64,000 bases of DNA from Lingula anatina (Eukaryota > Animalia > Brachiopoda): positions 17,250,567 to 17,314,566 of the forward strand of contig CM120649.1 of NCBI GenBank assembly GCA_051362555.1, read 5' to 3'. The notes beneath the pieces are model-generated. The model saw only the letters and a program-made list of their open reading frames with translations. It was not told where the DNA came from and searched no databases. The position numbers and the translations under genes are program-made. Below, piece by piece: positions 1-29,425 of this stretch. The number at the start of each line of letters is the position of its first letter. Within the stretch, counting starts at the first letter, position 1.

Positions 1-148
1 AAAAACTGGGTGATCTAATTTTCAAGGACATGTTCATGGAAACAGAAATAATTGAGGTTTTTATTTCAATCATAGGAAAGTTGAGTTCACAAGTTTTTCT
101 TTAAGATGAAATTCTGGGGTTCTTTTTTTCTGTCTTTTTTCCCCTTAC

Positions 149-14589
<14,441 letters not shown>

Positions 14590-15108
14590 AGGAGAGGTGC
14601 CGCACACACTGGCACATGCCAGATTCTACACGCTACGGAGCTGCTGGAATGTAGAAAGCAATGTGATGTAACACTCTGTATTTTGTTGTCAGACATGGAG
14701 AAAAACTTTGGAGGGTACTGAAGGTCCTGAGGACCTGCACTACCTGTGCTACAAGAAATCTGCAGGAAATTTTGTATAGGTTGATGTTCACGTTTGGTTT
14801 ATCTTTATGTATTGCATTTTCACATAAACCTTGCGAGTCCATAGGACCTGTATTATCAAAGATCTTGCCTATCCTCTGGCTTTTCTGGCAGTCATGAAAG
14901 GTCGGACCTGCAGTTTCCACATGTCTGGACATGCTAAAATTGTCAGTCTAGCCGTTTTTTTTTTAGGTCCAGAAGTAAATTGTGCTTAGTCTATCCAAAA
15001 CGGTAACAATTTTATGAGCTGCCATTTAGGATTACACAGTCAATCTGACAAAAAATTCCTCTGATCAGTCAAAATTTTTCATAACTGTGGGTCAGATTGT
15101 CAATATTA

Positions 15109-16066
15109 ACCCATTCACACTACAGTTTCAAAAATGTGCATTTCTATAATTCAAATTTTTCCTGAGGAATTCGATTCGGTATTGCTTTCTCACAAAGCGA
15201 AACCGAATCCCACGTTGAAAAATTCAGGTTTAACTTCCTGTTTTGAACACTCGCGCATGCGCAGCACAGGAAAACTTAAAATACCAACGAAAATTTGTAA
15301 CGGCAAATGCAACTCAAAAGACATTCCAGCATTCTTGGAAAGTATAAGATGGCAAAATAAGTTTATGTTTCCTCATGTTGTAGTGAGTGGTGACCTCCAA
15401 ATACGTTTGGTGCAATTGCTTAAGTAATAAACAAACGTTCATAGATACCCGCACTTATCTGCACACATGCGCAGTAAGATCTGTACAGGTGTCGGTTCCG
15501 GTGTGGCATGATAGACCCATTCCGTGACAAAATCATTCTGCACATGCGCATTAAGGGTAGATTGCAAGAAGGCACCTCTGGTATGACGATGTCGTCCTAA
15601 GTAGGCCCTATGTTTGCACTGAACTATGATTTTTCAATTCATAATTCAGTGGTTTTCGTCATGAGAGAGTATGTGTTTGATAACCTTATAACTATATGAA
15701 TGTTGGAAATGAGCTTTTGATCGTGACTGAACTGTTTTGCTCTGTGAGAAAAACGTGGTAGATCTAAGACTCGTAGTATAAATGTTTTCACTTTACAATG
15801 TTCTTTCAATTCAGAGTTAAGTAATTTTCGTTCAAAAGAAATTGTGTGTTTGATAATACTATTACTTTCTCTACGGTTTATTCACGACGACAGTTTCTTC
15901 ACGTGACACCTGTAAGTAATTCATATCACTGAAGAAAATCCAGCTCACTAGCAGGATTTTGAAAATCTGCTTAACGAAAATCCTTACGCGTTCAGACTAC
16001 TACAGTTATTCGAATCGGGACCTAATTCGCTATTTATTCGAATAAATGACTGTAGTGTGAACGGGG
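15109..16066. mobile_element. Non-autonomous DNA transposon (~950 bp) in the TRIP12 5' intron
   Basis: Imperfect TIRs acccattcacactacagt / actgtagtgtgaacgggg flanked by TA; CpG-richer interior; no transposase ORF. Confidence 0.6.
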
Positions 16067-17899
16067 TATGTTTTCGCATGTCTTTTTTTGACATATAGTA
16101 ATTTCTCCATAACTCTCTAATTATAACTTGAATTACTTTGAAATCTTGTGGAACAATTTGTCTTCAATATCAACTGAAATTAATATTAACATTGCCTTGT
16201 GAAAATCTTGTTAGTCTACTGTATATTTATTATTATCCGAAAGAAAACTTGCAAAGACACACAAACTTGTAACTCTAGCAACGAGCAGTAATCATATAAT
16301 ATTTCAAGATGTCATAGATTAATGAAAATCAATAATGTGTCTTTGCAAACTATCATACTCAGGTATTTTTTTAAAGTATACTTTCTGAGGCAATTTCTAT
16401 CCGAAGATGTCATGCAAGTGCAATCAGTGGAATCAGCTTAAATAAATGCACCACACACTAGTTTACGACCCCCTTGCTTGTTTCAGGGGGTCTGTCAGAC
16501 AATAAAGCCGATTCCACTTATTGCACTTTGGTGAGAATCTCTCACAGAGCTGGACCAACCCACATAGTGCAATGTGTGAATCTGAATGCAGTCTTACTTA
16601 ACAGGAATTTTATTATTTTCACCATATTGCCCATAACAAAGTTAACTTACTCACTTTTAAATATCACAATGTCCCTAGCTTTATAACCCCAACAAATCAT
16701 TTTCATACAGCTAAGGCTGAAACTGAAGATTTTTTATATAATTAAGCACTCTGATTAAGTTTGGTATGGCACAGAGCCTAATGAGCAGAAGCTATGTTAA
16801 TCAGTTCTCAATTTTACTTCTAGTATTGATCTCTTCCTAAAGAGAGCAATCTTACAAAGATATTTCACATGATAAACTGACTGCACAGCATTTATGTGAC
16901 CCTGTTTTACATAGCAAGTAAAACAAGACCACTGGAAATAATTTAAAGAGCTCATCAAGTATGGGTAGCCAACTCAAATCAACTCATTGACAACTAAAAA
17001 CACATTAGAAGTAATTTCTCCAATCCAAGCCGAGCCACAACTTATAATATGAAAGCCTTTCTAATGCTTATTACACAATTAATCTACCAATATTCAATCT
17101 TTCAAGCCAACCATTAGATTGAAAACATGTTTTAAATTGAAGATATATCTTGTCTCAATGACCTATAGTTTCAGTTGCATGTCAGAGCCAGTATGTGCAT
17201 TAAAATAATTAGATCAATAACAGACTCCTTAAATATCACCAACAACTGTTTATGCACTCAACTTCCAAATTATCATTACAGATAGCATGACTATTCATTC
17301 CAACTATAAATTTTTACAGATCATTAAACAAAATTTCTGGTCTAACTGTTTAGATGTCATACTAACTTTCTATTGAAGTGATATTTTCACAAGGGCTCTT
17401 GGAGAAAAGCACACAATTTGTTTTGAATTATGTGTATTGTCAGCAGGCACATATCTGAGAAGCACAGTAACTCACACACACACATACAAAAAAAAAACTT
17501 ACAGCAATTACTCACTGTCAGCATAAACTGAAGAAAATGTGTATGAAGCAGACAACACAGAGCAAGTTTTACAGTCTCAATCCAATATCAATCTCAATCA
17601 TATGATATCTACCTTAATGCAAGTCCACTGTACAGCATCCAGATTGAGACACAGGTTTAGAGAACTACTGGGAATTTCCTACTCAACTACTATGTCAACC
17701 TTCTGGAAAAGGAAAATAATACAAACATGAAATGTCAAGGTCAAGGTCGATTGCCACTCGATTAAGAAACGATTTCCGACCTAACAGTTCTTATATTCCT
17801 AATAAACAAAATGACCCATAGGGCAGTTTGATAATGATTTGTAGGTTTCCTAATAGTAATGAACAAATGCGTCTTGGTGCAGACAAGGAAATTTTCATT

Positions 17900-18360
17900 G
17901 AACATCAAGACCGTCGCCATCTTGTCTAGGTGCAAATGCAAACGCCTGTCAGCGTTCAAGCAATTGCTGAAAAATTCGGGGCAACCGAAGCTATAGAATC
18001 TTTTCCAAATACAATTTAATAAATTATTGACAGGATATGCGTAAAAAATATTCCTCCAACCCAGTGAAAAAGCTTAAATTAGCTTACAGACATTGCCTCA
18101 GACAAAGGATCCTCAAGCATAATTTGCTTTGGCACGTTCATGCTTTACTGCATCAAATTATTAAATACAAATTTACCCAAGATCATAAATTGAAACATGC
18201 ATACCTATTATTTCCCCTCTGTATATTGCCTCCCAACCTGGTCACAAAATATAAGACAAATTCATATTTATATCTTCACCTTGCGCTGAATCAGCTGCGA
18301 CCAAACACGATGGTCTGCGGACGATGCACACCAAAATAAAGATTCCTTCCGCTTGGAAAA
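17900..18360 (-). promoter_or_regulatory. Probable TRIP12 promoter / non-coding first exon region
   Basis: CpG enrichment; YY1-like motif (AAGATGGCG on minus, ~17914-17922); candidate donor AAG|GTGAAG near 18279. Inference only. Confidence 0.4.
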
Positions 18361-20135
18361 TATAAGGAGTGGAATATCAGTCCTGGATAACATGTCAATA
18401 AAATGGACATTTAAACATTTGAATGCTTCCCGTGTTTATTCATTATCTAAAAATGTTCTTGGCGAAGGCTCAAAGAACAGACACGTATGTTAGACAGTAA
18501 ATTATTCCGCATTTGCAATAATCGGGTCACGGGAAAACAGATGATTGTGTTTTGGTTGAGATTGCTTACATTGACACGGGTGCATATGCTCAGCGCTATG
18601 CAAGGCCTGCATCGCGAGATGTTTGTGCACGTGTTATCTAACCAGCACGTGGATGGACACGATTTCACATAAAAACGGGGGAAAAGGAAAACTTAAATGT
18701 AGGATGTAATTTCTGTGGGCATCCAGACATAAAGTGAAATGCGTGGGTGGGGGTTAATTAGGCCTAATTGCCAGGTTTATACCAATTAGCAACATTATCT
18801 AAATTGAAGTAAATTAAGATCCCATTGGGTTTTTTCGTTACCCGTGAAAGCCACTTTTTATTTCCCGAGATGCGTGAATTGCTCGTAATATTTAGCGTGA
18901 TCCGTGAAGCACCCCGGCCATTCCCAAGACTCGTGAATGCGGCATTTTAATCCTCGTCCTTCGTGAAACGAAGTCATTATGCTTTAGTGAATCGTAATTT
19001 TCAACTCGCCGGACTGGCATGTGCACTAAAAACAAATAAAACTTTATTTATTGTGATTTTTGATTTGATGATTTTATTTCTTGTCAATATAAATTAATTC
19101 TAAATCACCAATTGCAATTGTATGGGAGTATGTTTTTAGGCTAATTAGCTGTAACAGCTACATGTCGGGGACATTGTAAAATTTACCAGCATTTTCAGTA
19201 ACGTAATCTCTGTTTATAGTTCGTTATGCTTTAAAACACATTGTGTAAAGGTAAACTCGTCAGATCTTGTTTGTTAATCTGATTAAGAAATTAAGTTCAA
19301 GAATCTCTTGTCTCGGTTTGCGATTAAAAAGTGGGATTCCCAACAGATCGTCAGAATGTAGGCTACATGAACAAGCAACCAGTGAACTAAAATCCACGAA
19401 TCTGGAATGTACATGTAGTATAAATATTAAGGAGTTATATTTATCCAACCAAAAAATTATACAGCAGTGTCCGTATTTCGAGCCTGTTTGTAATATCTTT
19501 CTTTACCAAATTTGCGCGGTTCCGGAAACTGCGGCTTTTACCCAGGATAAATCGGATCCGGACTTTCTCCTATTAATTGAAATAAGCTTACTGTGCTCGT
19601 TTTAAACGGAATAGACGAGGTTTATGTTTAGGACCAATGCACAGGGGCCCTTCTTTTTCTGTGTGGACTACTATTTTGGATCTATTTTGAAATGATCTAG
19701 ACATTTTTCAGTCAAAAGTTTAGACAGGATTTGGTTCAGACTTTGGGTCAGAAATTTAAAGTTAAGACGATCTTTTGATTGAAGTTTTAAAAATTAATTA
19801 ATTAATGTGTGTGTGTGTGCGAGAGAGAGAGAGAGAGAGAGAAATTTGTTCACGAACAAACATCTGATGCAATGGACTTAGATCTCCGCATTTCGCTAAA
19901 ACAATATTGCTTCTTTGACTTTACGCGTATTCGAAAATTTGAACATGCAATTGTAGGCCTATACGATTTTATTGAATATTAAACCGATCTGTGCAGCGAA
20001 GATCGCTTCGAGTATATTATCTCTTATCATTTAAAATTGAACTTCGTTATAATCTGGTATGTGTCCGATTGATTAACAATGCATGGATATGCCTTACGTC
20101 TGTGATCAAAACGTGTCAACAAAAAGGATAACTTA

Positions 20136-21496
20136 CACACACTGGACAAAAGAAGTGTCACCCCTACTGAGCCAATACTATGGGGGAGATAAATGACTGT
20201 GGAATGATATGCTCCTGGTATCATTTAATTAACATCAAATTTCACAAAAAAATCACAAAATGAGAACAAAATATACATTCTACCAAAATATGCAGTTTCA
20301 AGTCAAAAATTAGTACTTACTGGCATAGCCAAGTGACCTAAAAATAGGTGCCAGTCTACGAAGCAAGGTTTCATATAATTGTCTGATGCGTTCAGGGCTT
20401 ATGCCGGTCCAAGCATGAAACACTGAATATAACAGAGTTTCTCTGCTGGTTAGACGGGCATTTGTAAAAAGTTTTGACATATCATTCCACACATTTTCTA
20501 TTATGTTTGCACCCGGACTCTGGGCAGGTCACATCACCCTGCGAATGTCCTGTTGGTGAAACCAATCATCAACTGCTCTGGGGCTGTGACAAGGAGCATT
20601 TTCATCCTGGTGAAAAAATGGATAATTCCTGTCACCAAACATGTTAGTAATAGATGGTAGCAAGCCTGACTCCAAAACATCGATACATTTCTAGTGATTC
20701 ATGTTTTAATTAACCACCATCAATTCGCCCAAGCCATGGATGCTGATGCAGCCCCACACTATGATGAATATACTGCTCCGGGTTCGAAAATTCAGTGCAT
20801 GTGGTTCAAATGCTTTACCAGCAGTTTGCCAGCATAGTACCCGTCTGTCATCAGAGGTCAGACCAAAGCGACACTCATCAGAAAAAATATAGAGGACCAA
20901 TTGTCATGAACTGTCCAGTTCCAGATCCTGTTAACCCTAGTTTAATCTACGTTGCCTGTTTTGTGACGATGCTGTACACTCTCTGAGCATGTAACCGACG
21001 CCTAGCAATTTTCACAGACACATTTTTATGTGTGAAATTGTTCCACTGTGTTGTCAACTGACGAGCAGTGTCGAACTTTGACAACCTGGACATCAAAATC
21101 AGTCGTCGGTCTTCACGGCCAGTATTTTTTCTTGGACGACCCATCAGAGGCAATTTGTCTCTTGATCCAGTGTTTCTATACCGAGACCAGACCCTCTGCA
21201 CGGTTCTGACTGAACAATTCAATTGTATCGATATTCTGACATTGCTTATATTCCGCCTCTTCAGGTTAATAACTTGCACCTATAACCGTTAGATAATTGC
21301 CTGTATCTTGCCATATTGGAGGAAGACAGGAATAACATTTGCTGTACATGTACAAGACCAACAATACAATTCCATGGTATAGCGGTTTTATACTCATTAG
21401 TTACATTATAAGTAGACCAGGCATTATAAGTACCCAAGATCTGCCTACTTTTATTACTCTGAGTTAGGGGGTGACACTTCTTTTGTCCAGTGTGTG
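20136..21496 (-). mobile_element. Tc1/mariner DNA transposon, full length but decayed
   Basis: ~29-bp TIRs cacacactggacaaaagaagtgtcacccc / ggggtgacacttcttttgtccagtgtgtg, with TA on both flanks (20134-20135, 21497-21498). Confidence 0.9.
20310..21314 (-). pseudogene. Frameshifted Tc1-family DDE transposase
   Basis: Fragments in different frames: paired HTH with GRPRK (20947..21279), IFSDECRF (20706..20900), FHQDENAPCH, and SPGANIIENVW...RLAPIFRSLGYASKY. Confidence 0.88.
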
Positions 21497-23882
21497 TAAG
21501 CTAAAACCCAATATTCTTGAGACGGTGCAGGAATGTGATCCTTTCTCTCATTTTTATTGCACTGCGTGCACGGGAGACAAGAGGGAGACACAAAAATACT
21601 TATAACGAAATTTTATGGCGCCCATGAGAAATTTGTAGTACTAGTTCCAAAGTAAAAAAAAATCTTACGACCTGTCTTCTTAAGAAGGGTTACAACAGAA
21701 CGGTTATAAGTTTCAGAAGCATTCCTTCGAATTGCATTTCATCTTTCCGTAAAAATGTAGCGTAGACCTATGCAATGGGTCAAATACGAAGGTGCTTTAA
21801 CGCCAAAGAATATGATTTGAAAAATATGAAGATTCTACATATTATCCCTTGATACACCCTGAAATTCAGAAGTTAGCGAATCACGTTTTGATACTTACAC
21901 TGGAAATACTGTAGCAGAGACATGCTGGTTTCAAGTGACCTCTGAAACGCAGGGTATTCAAACGGCGTCCGTGCTACCAGTTGCCTCTTTGCGATGTCTA
22001 AATATGTGACGCCCAAAGACTTCAAATATCCACTTTATGAACAGTCATATTGTATAATATAATATAGTATAAAGCAAACATCGGAAGACGAAGCTTTTGA
22101 AGCCTACACAACATTAAAAAAAAAGTGGTTTTAACAGAAATACAATTTATTGACTTAGAATGTACCTTTCTGGATACATTATGTAGGCCTGCATAGTATT
22201 AAGTATTACTATGCTATGTTACAGCCATATTAATTAGGAATTTATGTATATCAGCCTGCTGATCTCTATATGTATGTATTTGTGTGTTTATATAACACTG
22301 AAATATATTCTAAATGCTTCTTGCTTGCTATAAAATCTTTTCATGCTGCCAATGCTAAGCAAAAGTTGGAAGACAGTCCTTCTTTAATAATAATAATAAA
22401 AGTAATAAATGAAAAACAAAAAGAAAGAAAAGTAAGAAAAAAAATCAACAAACATAATGTGAGATTGTCCAGGTTCTACCCAATGAGATAACTAGACAGC
22501 AAAGCTGACAAATATTCAGACAACATACAGGAAACAAGGCAGTAAAGCTGGCAAATGTTCAGACATTCAGACGGAGAAAAGAGTGAACCAAATGTTTTGG
22601 TCAATTTTGATGCACTATTACATAATGCTTTAAAACAGCATAATCACTGTTACCCTCCTACATTATGTACTACAGGTAACACGGACACTTACAGTATCTG
22701 TATATAAAAATGATTATTCTCTAAATTAAAAAAAATCCAAAGCTTATATAATGAGTAAAACCAAATGCCAGTGTTTATACATTTTTGTGTGCCCTTTACA
22801 ATTGCCACCTAGGGAAAAAGTTCTTGTTTCAACAATAAGCTATATAAATCCTTTAATCTTTGTTTTACAGATATCTAGCCCACTGATATGCCATTAAATT
22901 GCTGTACATAATATTGAATAAGAGGGGCAGTTTTTGTCATAAGGGAACATTTCTAAATCCAAAATACTTAACAATTCAAGTTTAAAAATCTGAAATGAAA
23001 AAACAATGAAAATATGCTTTTATTTACACAAGTTTAAAACGAACAGTAATAGACTAAGGAGCTAAATATTTGTATTCTCCCCTAAGAAAATTCTAGTGAC
23101 CTCTGCCACTTTATACAAGAAATGTCAGCTGGTCAATATGTTATAAAGGTTGCATGAATATGATACCTTTGGCAGATTTTAAGATTCAATGTCTCTGCTT
23201 CCTTTAACAAAATAAGCTCTGTCATATGAAAAAAAAAAAAACTCTTTACAAGATCAGTAATGCTAAAATATTGCTTTATAATGTTTTTTTGGATTAAACT
23301 TCCTTATAAAGAATATATCTTTAATTAGTTAATATGCATCATTTGAGCAAAAGGCTTTTATTATAATAAAATGGATGGTTTTGCTAACAGAATTAAAATA
23401 CATACAAAAGATCAATAAAAAATGATTGCGGTAATGGCTCAGTCTTTTCAATGGAAGTTGTGAATTTTACTGATACAATTTTTAAGTCATAAATTCTTAA
23501 AATAATCACATTCCAATTGAGTGGTAGCAACAAAACTGAAAAGTAAGCCATCCAATAGTTTTATACTGGGCATTAAAAGCACCACAATCTTTACTTAGAA
23601 ATATAATTTTCATGACTTCAAAATAATGTAACTGAAGGATTGATAATTTTTGGCCATTGAAAAGATCCGGCCATTACCCCATCTTTTGACAATAAAAAAA
23701 CTTTTGTCAAAAGTAAAACAAGCAAAGCCTAGGAATTTTTTCATATCCCTGTGCTCTAAATATTGCTTAAAACTTCTCCATGTCTACTGCATAATATTTC
23801 TTGAATGAAGCAAGCCAAAATTTTTTCCAAACCCTCAAGACCCAACCCCCCTCAGGCAAAATACTCAAAATCTACCAGTTCT

Positions 23883-26800
23883 TTACCATTTCACCAGGGC
23901 ACTGCCCAAAGCATCCATAGGCTGCACTGGACTTTTCTGAGGAAATTCAGAACTATTTGCTTGGAAGCTTCCACTTCCACTGAAATAAGCACTTTCTTTT
24001 GAAAACTGATTCTGAAACATGTGACCTTGACCTTGGTGGTTACCAAGGGCACCAGTATTGCTTGCAACTGCGTTCTGATCTGATGCCTCATTGAATACGT
24101 CATCCTCTGCTTCATCGTCAAGTATGACTTCAATTCTGGTTTGTCCTACATCAACTGGAACTGGATCAGGGTGATCCTCTTCTAGTAATGGCCTCTCTGT
24201 GGACTCACTGCTCAAATCTCTTCTCCTGCCATCTACAACATCATGGCCACTAGGATCCTTTTTTTCAGATGGAGGTGGTAGACATAATTGCAGTTTTTTC
24301 CAGAACCTATCATTTTTTTGTCTTTTGCTTTTCTTGCATATGAAGCGCCATCTACTTTTTGGTCTTTCTTCCCTCTCTGCATCAGGGTAATACTGGAGGC
24401 GATTTAAAAATGGCATTTTCAATACTTTTGGCAACAGTTGTGGGTTTTTGCAGTTTTTTATTTGAGTCTCTGCAAACCTGTTCCAATCATCAATATTTAT
24501 TTCCCCGAAGATGACAAATATTATTCTGGTATGTTGGTTCAAAGCATTATCAATGAAGAAATCAAAATAATCAGGAACTGGATTGAGAAGTTCTGGAGAA
24601 ATGAGGATGACATAACGTCGACACTCATCAAAAGCTTTGGTGAATTCTCTGTTTTCAGCTGAAAAAATGAAGGAAAAAGTCATGTAATGTATGGAGGCAT
24701 TGTGTATAATGCATACATATTACCATGACACATCCTACTCAATACCACCACCTGCAGAGAAATACAGCATGAGAAACTAGAGGATCAGAGAGGCGATACC
24801 GCCTCCGAATATTGTACCACCAGCTGGAGTAAGCGCATTCGTATAGACCCCCACATACACAAAATAAGGGACACAGCCACCAGTCTTGTGCTTGACAAGC
24901 TGTAAAAATGCAATCAACAAGAATTTTCAAAATATGCAAAAAATATATATAACTAAAAATGGTACAATCAAAGTATAGTTCATCGTAAGGTAGGTCAAAG
25001 GTCAATTTCAAGGTCACAGTAAATTGCCAGTATGTGACTTCCTATTCAACTTCAATAGAAACTATGGACCTATCTCTGCCAGGTTTGGAGTTTAAAGAGA
25101 AAGAAATAAGCAGAGTTCAGTTCATGATAATAAGTAGGTCAAAGGTCAATTTCAAGGTCACAGTAAGATTGCCAGTATATGACTTCCTATTCAACTTCAA
25201 TAGTAACTATGGACCTATCTCTGCCAGTTTTGGAGATAAAAGGGAAGCAAAATTTGCAAAGTTCAATTCATGGTGAAAAGTAGGTCAAAGGTCAATTTCA
25301 TGGTCACAGTAAGACTGCCAGTATATGACTTCCTATTCAAGTTCAATAGTGACTATGGACCTATCTCTGCCAGTTTTGGAGATAAAAGGGAACCAAAATT
25401 TGTAAAGTTCAATACATGATAAAAAGTAGGTCAAAGGTTAATTTCAAGGTCACAGTAAAATTGCCAGTATAATAACTATGGACCTATCTCTGCCAGTTTT
25501 GGAGATAAAAGGGAAGCAAAATTTGCAAAGTTCAGTTCATGGTGAAAAGTAGGTCAAAGGTCAATTTTAAGGTCACATTTGGATTGCCAGTATATGACTT
25601 CCTATTCAACTTCAATAGAAACTATGGACCTATCTCTGCCAGTTTTGGAGATAAAAGGGAAGCAAAATTTGCAAAGTTCAGTTCATGGTGAAAAGTAGGT
25701 CAAAGGTCAATATTAAGGTCACATTTGGATTGCCAGTATATGACTTCCTATTCAACTTCAATAGAAACTATGGACCTATCTCTGCCAGTTTTGGAGATAA
25801 AAGGGAAGCAAAATTTGCAAAGTTCAATTCATGATGAAAGTAGGTCAAAGGTCAATTTCAAGGTCTCAGTAAGACTGCCAGTATATGACTTCCTATTCAA
25901 CTTCAATAGTAACTATGGTCCTATCTCTGCCAATTTTGGAAATAAAAAGGAAGCAAAATTTGCAAAGTTCAGTTCATGGTGAAAAGTAGGTCAAAGGTCA
26001 ATTTCAAGGTCACATTTAGATTGCCAGTATATGACTTCCTATTCAACTTCAATAGTAACTATGGGCGTATCTCTGCCAGTTTTGGAGATAAAAGGGAACC
26101 AAAATTTGCAAAGTTCAATACATGATAAAAAGTAGGTCAAAGGTTAATTTCAAGGTCACAGTAAATTGCCAGTATAATAACTATGGACCTATCTCTGCCA
26201 GTTTTGGAGATAAAAAAGAAGCAAAATTTGCAAAGTTCAATTGATGATGAAAGTAGGTCAAAGGTCAATTTCAAGGTCTCAGTAAGACTGCCAGTATATG
26301 ACTTCCTATTCAAGTTCAATAGTAACTATGGACCTATCTCTGCCAGTTTTGGAAATAAAAGGGAAGCAAAATTTGCAAAGTTCAGTTCATGGTGAAAAGT
26401 AGGTCAAAGGTCAATTTCAAGGTCACAGTAAGATTGCCAGTATATGACTTCCTATTCAAGTTCAATAGTGACTATGGACCTATCTCTGCCAGTTTTGGAG
26501 ATAAAAGGGAACCAAAATTTGCAAAGTTCAATACGTGATAAAAAGTAGGTCAAAGGTTAATTTCAAGGTCACAGTAAGATTGCCAGTATAATAACTATGG
26601 ACCTATCTCTGCCAGTTTTGGAGATAAAAGGGAAGCAAAATTTGCAAAGTTCAGTTCATGGTGAAAAGTAGGTCAAAGGTCAATATTAAGGTCACATTTT
26701 GATTGCCAGTATATGACTTCCTATTCAACTTCAATAGAAACTATGGACCTATCTCTGCCAGTTTTGGAGATAAAAGGGAAGCAAAATTTGCAAAGTTCAA

Positions 26801-29358
26801 TTCATGATGAAAGTAGGTCAAAGGTCAATTTCAAGGTCTCAGTAAGACTGCCAGTATATGACTTCCTATTCAAGTTCAATAGTAACTATGGACCTATCTC
26901 TGCCAGTTTTGGAGATAAAAGGGAAGCAAAATTTGCAAAGTTCAGTTCATGGTGAAAAGTAGGTCAAAGGTCAATTTCAAGGTCACAGTAAGATTGCCAG
27001 TATATGACTTCCTATTCAACTTCAATAGTAACTATGGGCGTATCTCTGCCAGTTTTGGAGATAAAAGGGAAGCAAAATTTGCAAAGTTCAGTTCATGGTG
27101 AAAAGTAGGTCAAAGGTCAATATTAAGGTCACATTTGGATTGCCAGTATATGACTTCCTATTCAACTTCAATAGAAACTATGGACCTATCTCTGCCAGTT
27201 TTGGAGATAAAAGGGAAGCAAAATTTGCAAAGTTCAGTTCATGGTGAAAAGTAGGTCAAAGGTCAATTTTAAGGTCACATTTGGATTGCCAGTATATGAC
27301 TTCCTATTCAACTTCAATAGAAACTATGGACCTATCTCTGCCAGTTTTGGAGATAAAAGGGAAGCAAAATTTGCAAAGTTCAGTTCATGGTGAAAAGTAG
27401 GTCAAAGGTCAATATTAAGGTCACATTTGGATTGCCAGTATATGACTTCCTATTCAACTTCAATAGAAACTATGGACCTATCTCTGCCAGTTTTGGAGAT
27501 AAAAGGGAAGCAAAATTTGCAAAGTTCAATTCATGATGAAAGTAGGTCAAAGGTCAATTTCAAGGTCTCAGTAAGACTGCCAGTATATGACTTCCTATTC
27601 AAGTTCAATAGTAACTATGGACCTATCTCTGCCAGTTTTGGAAATAAAAGGGAAGCAAAATTTGCAAAGTTCAGCTCATGGTGAAAAGTAGGTCAAAGGT
27701 CAATTTCAAGGTCACAGTAAGATTGCCAGTATATGACTTCCTATTCAACTTCAATAGTAACTATGGGCATATCTCTGCCAGTTTTGGAGATAAAAGGGAA
27801 CCAAAATTTGCAAAGTTCAATACATGATAAAAAGTAGGTCAAAGGTTAATTTCAAGGTCACAGTAAGATTGCCAGTATAATAACTATGGACCTATCTCTG
27901 CCAGTTTTGGAGATAAAAGGGAAGCAAAATTTGCAAAGTTCAGTTCATGGTGAAAAGTAGGTCAAAGGTCAATTTCAAGGTCACATTTAGATTGCCAGTA
28001 TATGACTTCCCATTCAAGATCAATAGTAACTATGGACCTATCTCTGCCAGTTTTGGAGATAAAAGGGAAGCAAAATTTGCAAAGTTCAGTTCATGGTGAA
28101 AAGTAGGTCAAAGGTCAATTTTAAGGTCACATTAGGATTGCCAGTATATGACTTCCTATTCAACTTCAATAGAAACTATGGACCTATCTCTGCCAGTTTT
28201 GGAGATAAAAGGGAAGCAAAATTTGCAAAGTTCAGTCCATGGTGAAAAGTAGGTCAAAGGTCAATTTCAAGGTCACAGTAAGATTGCCAGTATATGACTT
28301 CCTATTCAACTTAAATAGTAACTATGGACCTATCTCTGCCAGTTTTGGAGATATAAGGGACTAAATGTTATAATTTTGGAGTTACCATAATGTGCCATAA
28401 ATTTCCTACAGAAAAAATTAATTAAAATTAAGAAAAGGTCATTTTGGTCAAAATTCTTGAAATGGGAGGTGTTCTGAAGTTCCAGAAGTTCAAATTTGAT
28501 GAAATAATGTCATTTTTGACCACAAGTTCGAGTTACGGAAGACCCAGAAGACGGCCTAAATCCGCCCCTGAAAAGGGTAGACCTTTCAAGCCTCTCAGGC
28601 TATGGGCCTGAATAAAATTTTACCCCATTAACCAATATTTATGGGGGACTGGTCAATATATTAACCAAGTCACATGTAAGAAGTAATCAAATGACTGATT
28701 GTTTCTGCTATAAACACATACTTACACTGAAATCCTAACACATCCTGGTCCAGTCTTACACTGTACCCTTCTTTCTCAAGCTTTTCCTTTAAAATGGTTT
28801 CAGCAAATTGTCTCTCATTGGTTGAATCAGGGCAGGTACAAATATAGATATCATCATGCCTATCAGCTTAAAAAACAAAAAACAAAAACATTTAGAGTTA
28901 TCAATCATCAAACTCAAACAAAATTAACAAATACATAAAATTCCCCAAAATAACATTACTTTGTTGAATTGTATGCTTATTTAAAGATTTCCTCAAGTTT
29001 TGAAACTGAGAAAATGCAAAACAGGGGTTTGTGTCAATATAAGTACGTTCTTATATTAAGTCCATCTTTAGTAAACATTCACCAGTAGGTGTGAGAGTGA
29101 GAGTGAAATTCTGTTTTCTTTTGTTCAACATACCATCTGCATCCTTTTCCTTGAGCACCCTTATCTTAATGGACCTGTAACACAGTCTAAACTCTAGATT
29201 ATATTTGACCCATATCAATGACACAATAATAAGCAGTAGGACCAGTGTTGTGGCAGGCACTATGCATATCCATATGGGAAATGGCATTTGGGGATTCTCC
29301 TCTGAAAGGAAATGAGGTAACGTAAGTCAGTGTGTCAACCAAACGTAAACAGAGAGAG

Positions 29359-29425
<67 letters not shown>

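Noticed and set aside
24985-28360. CRISPR-like array, or a repeated small-ORF family (MDLSLPVLEIK...)
   Set aside because: Units are contiguous near-identical repeats without unique spacers, there are no cas genes, and the context is a eukaryotic intron. The ORFs are by-products of the satellite.
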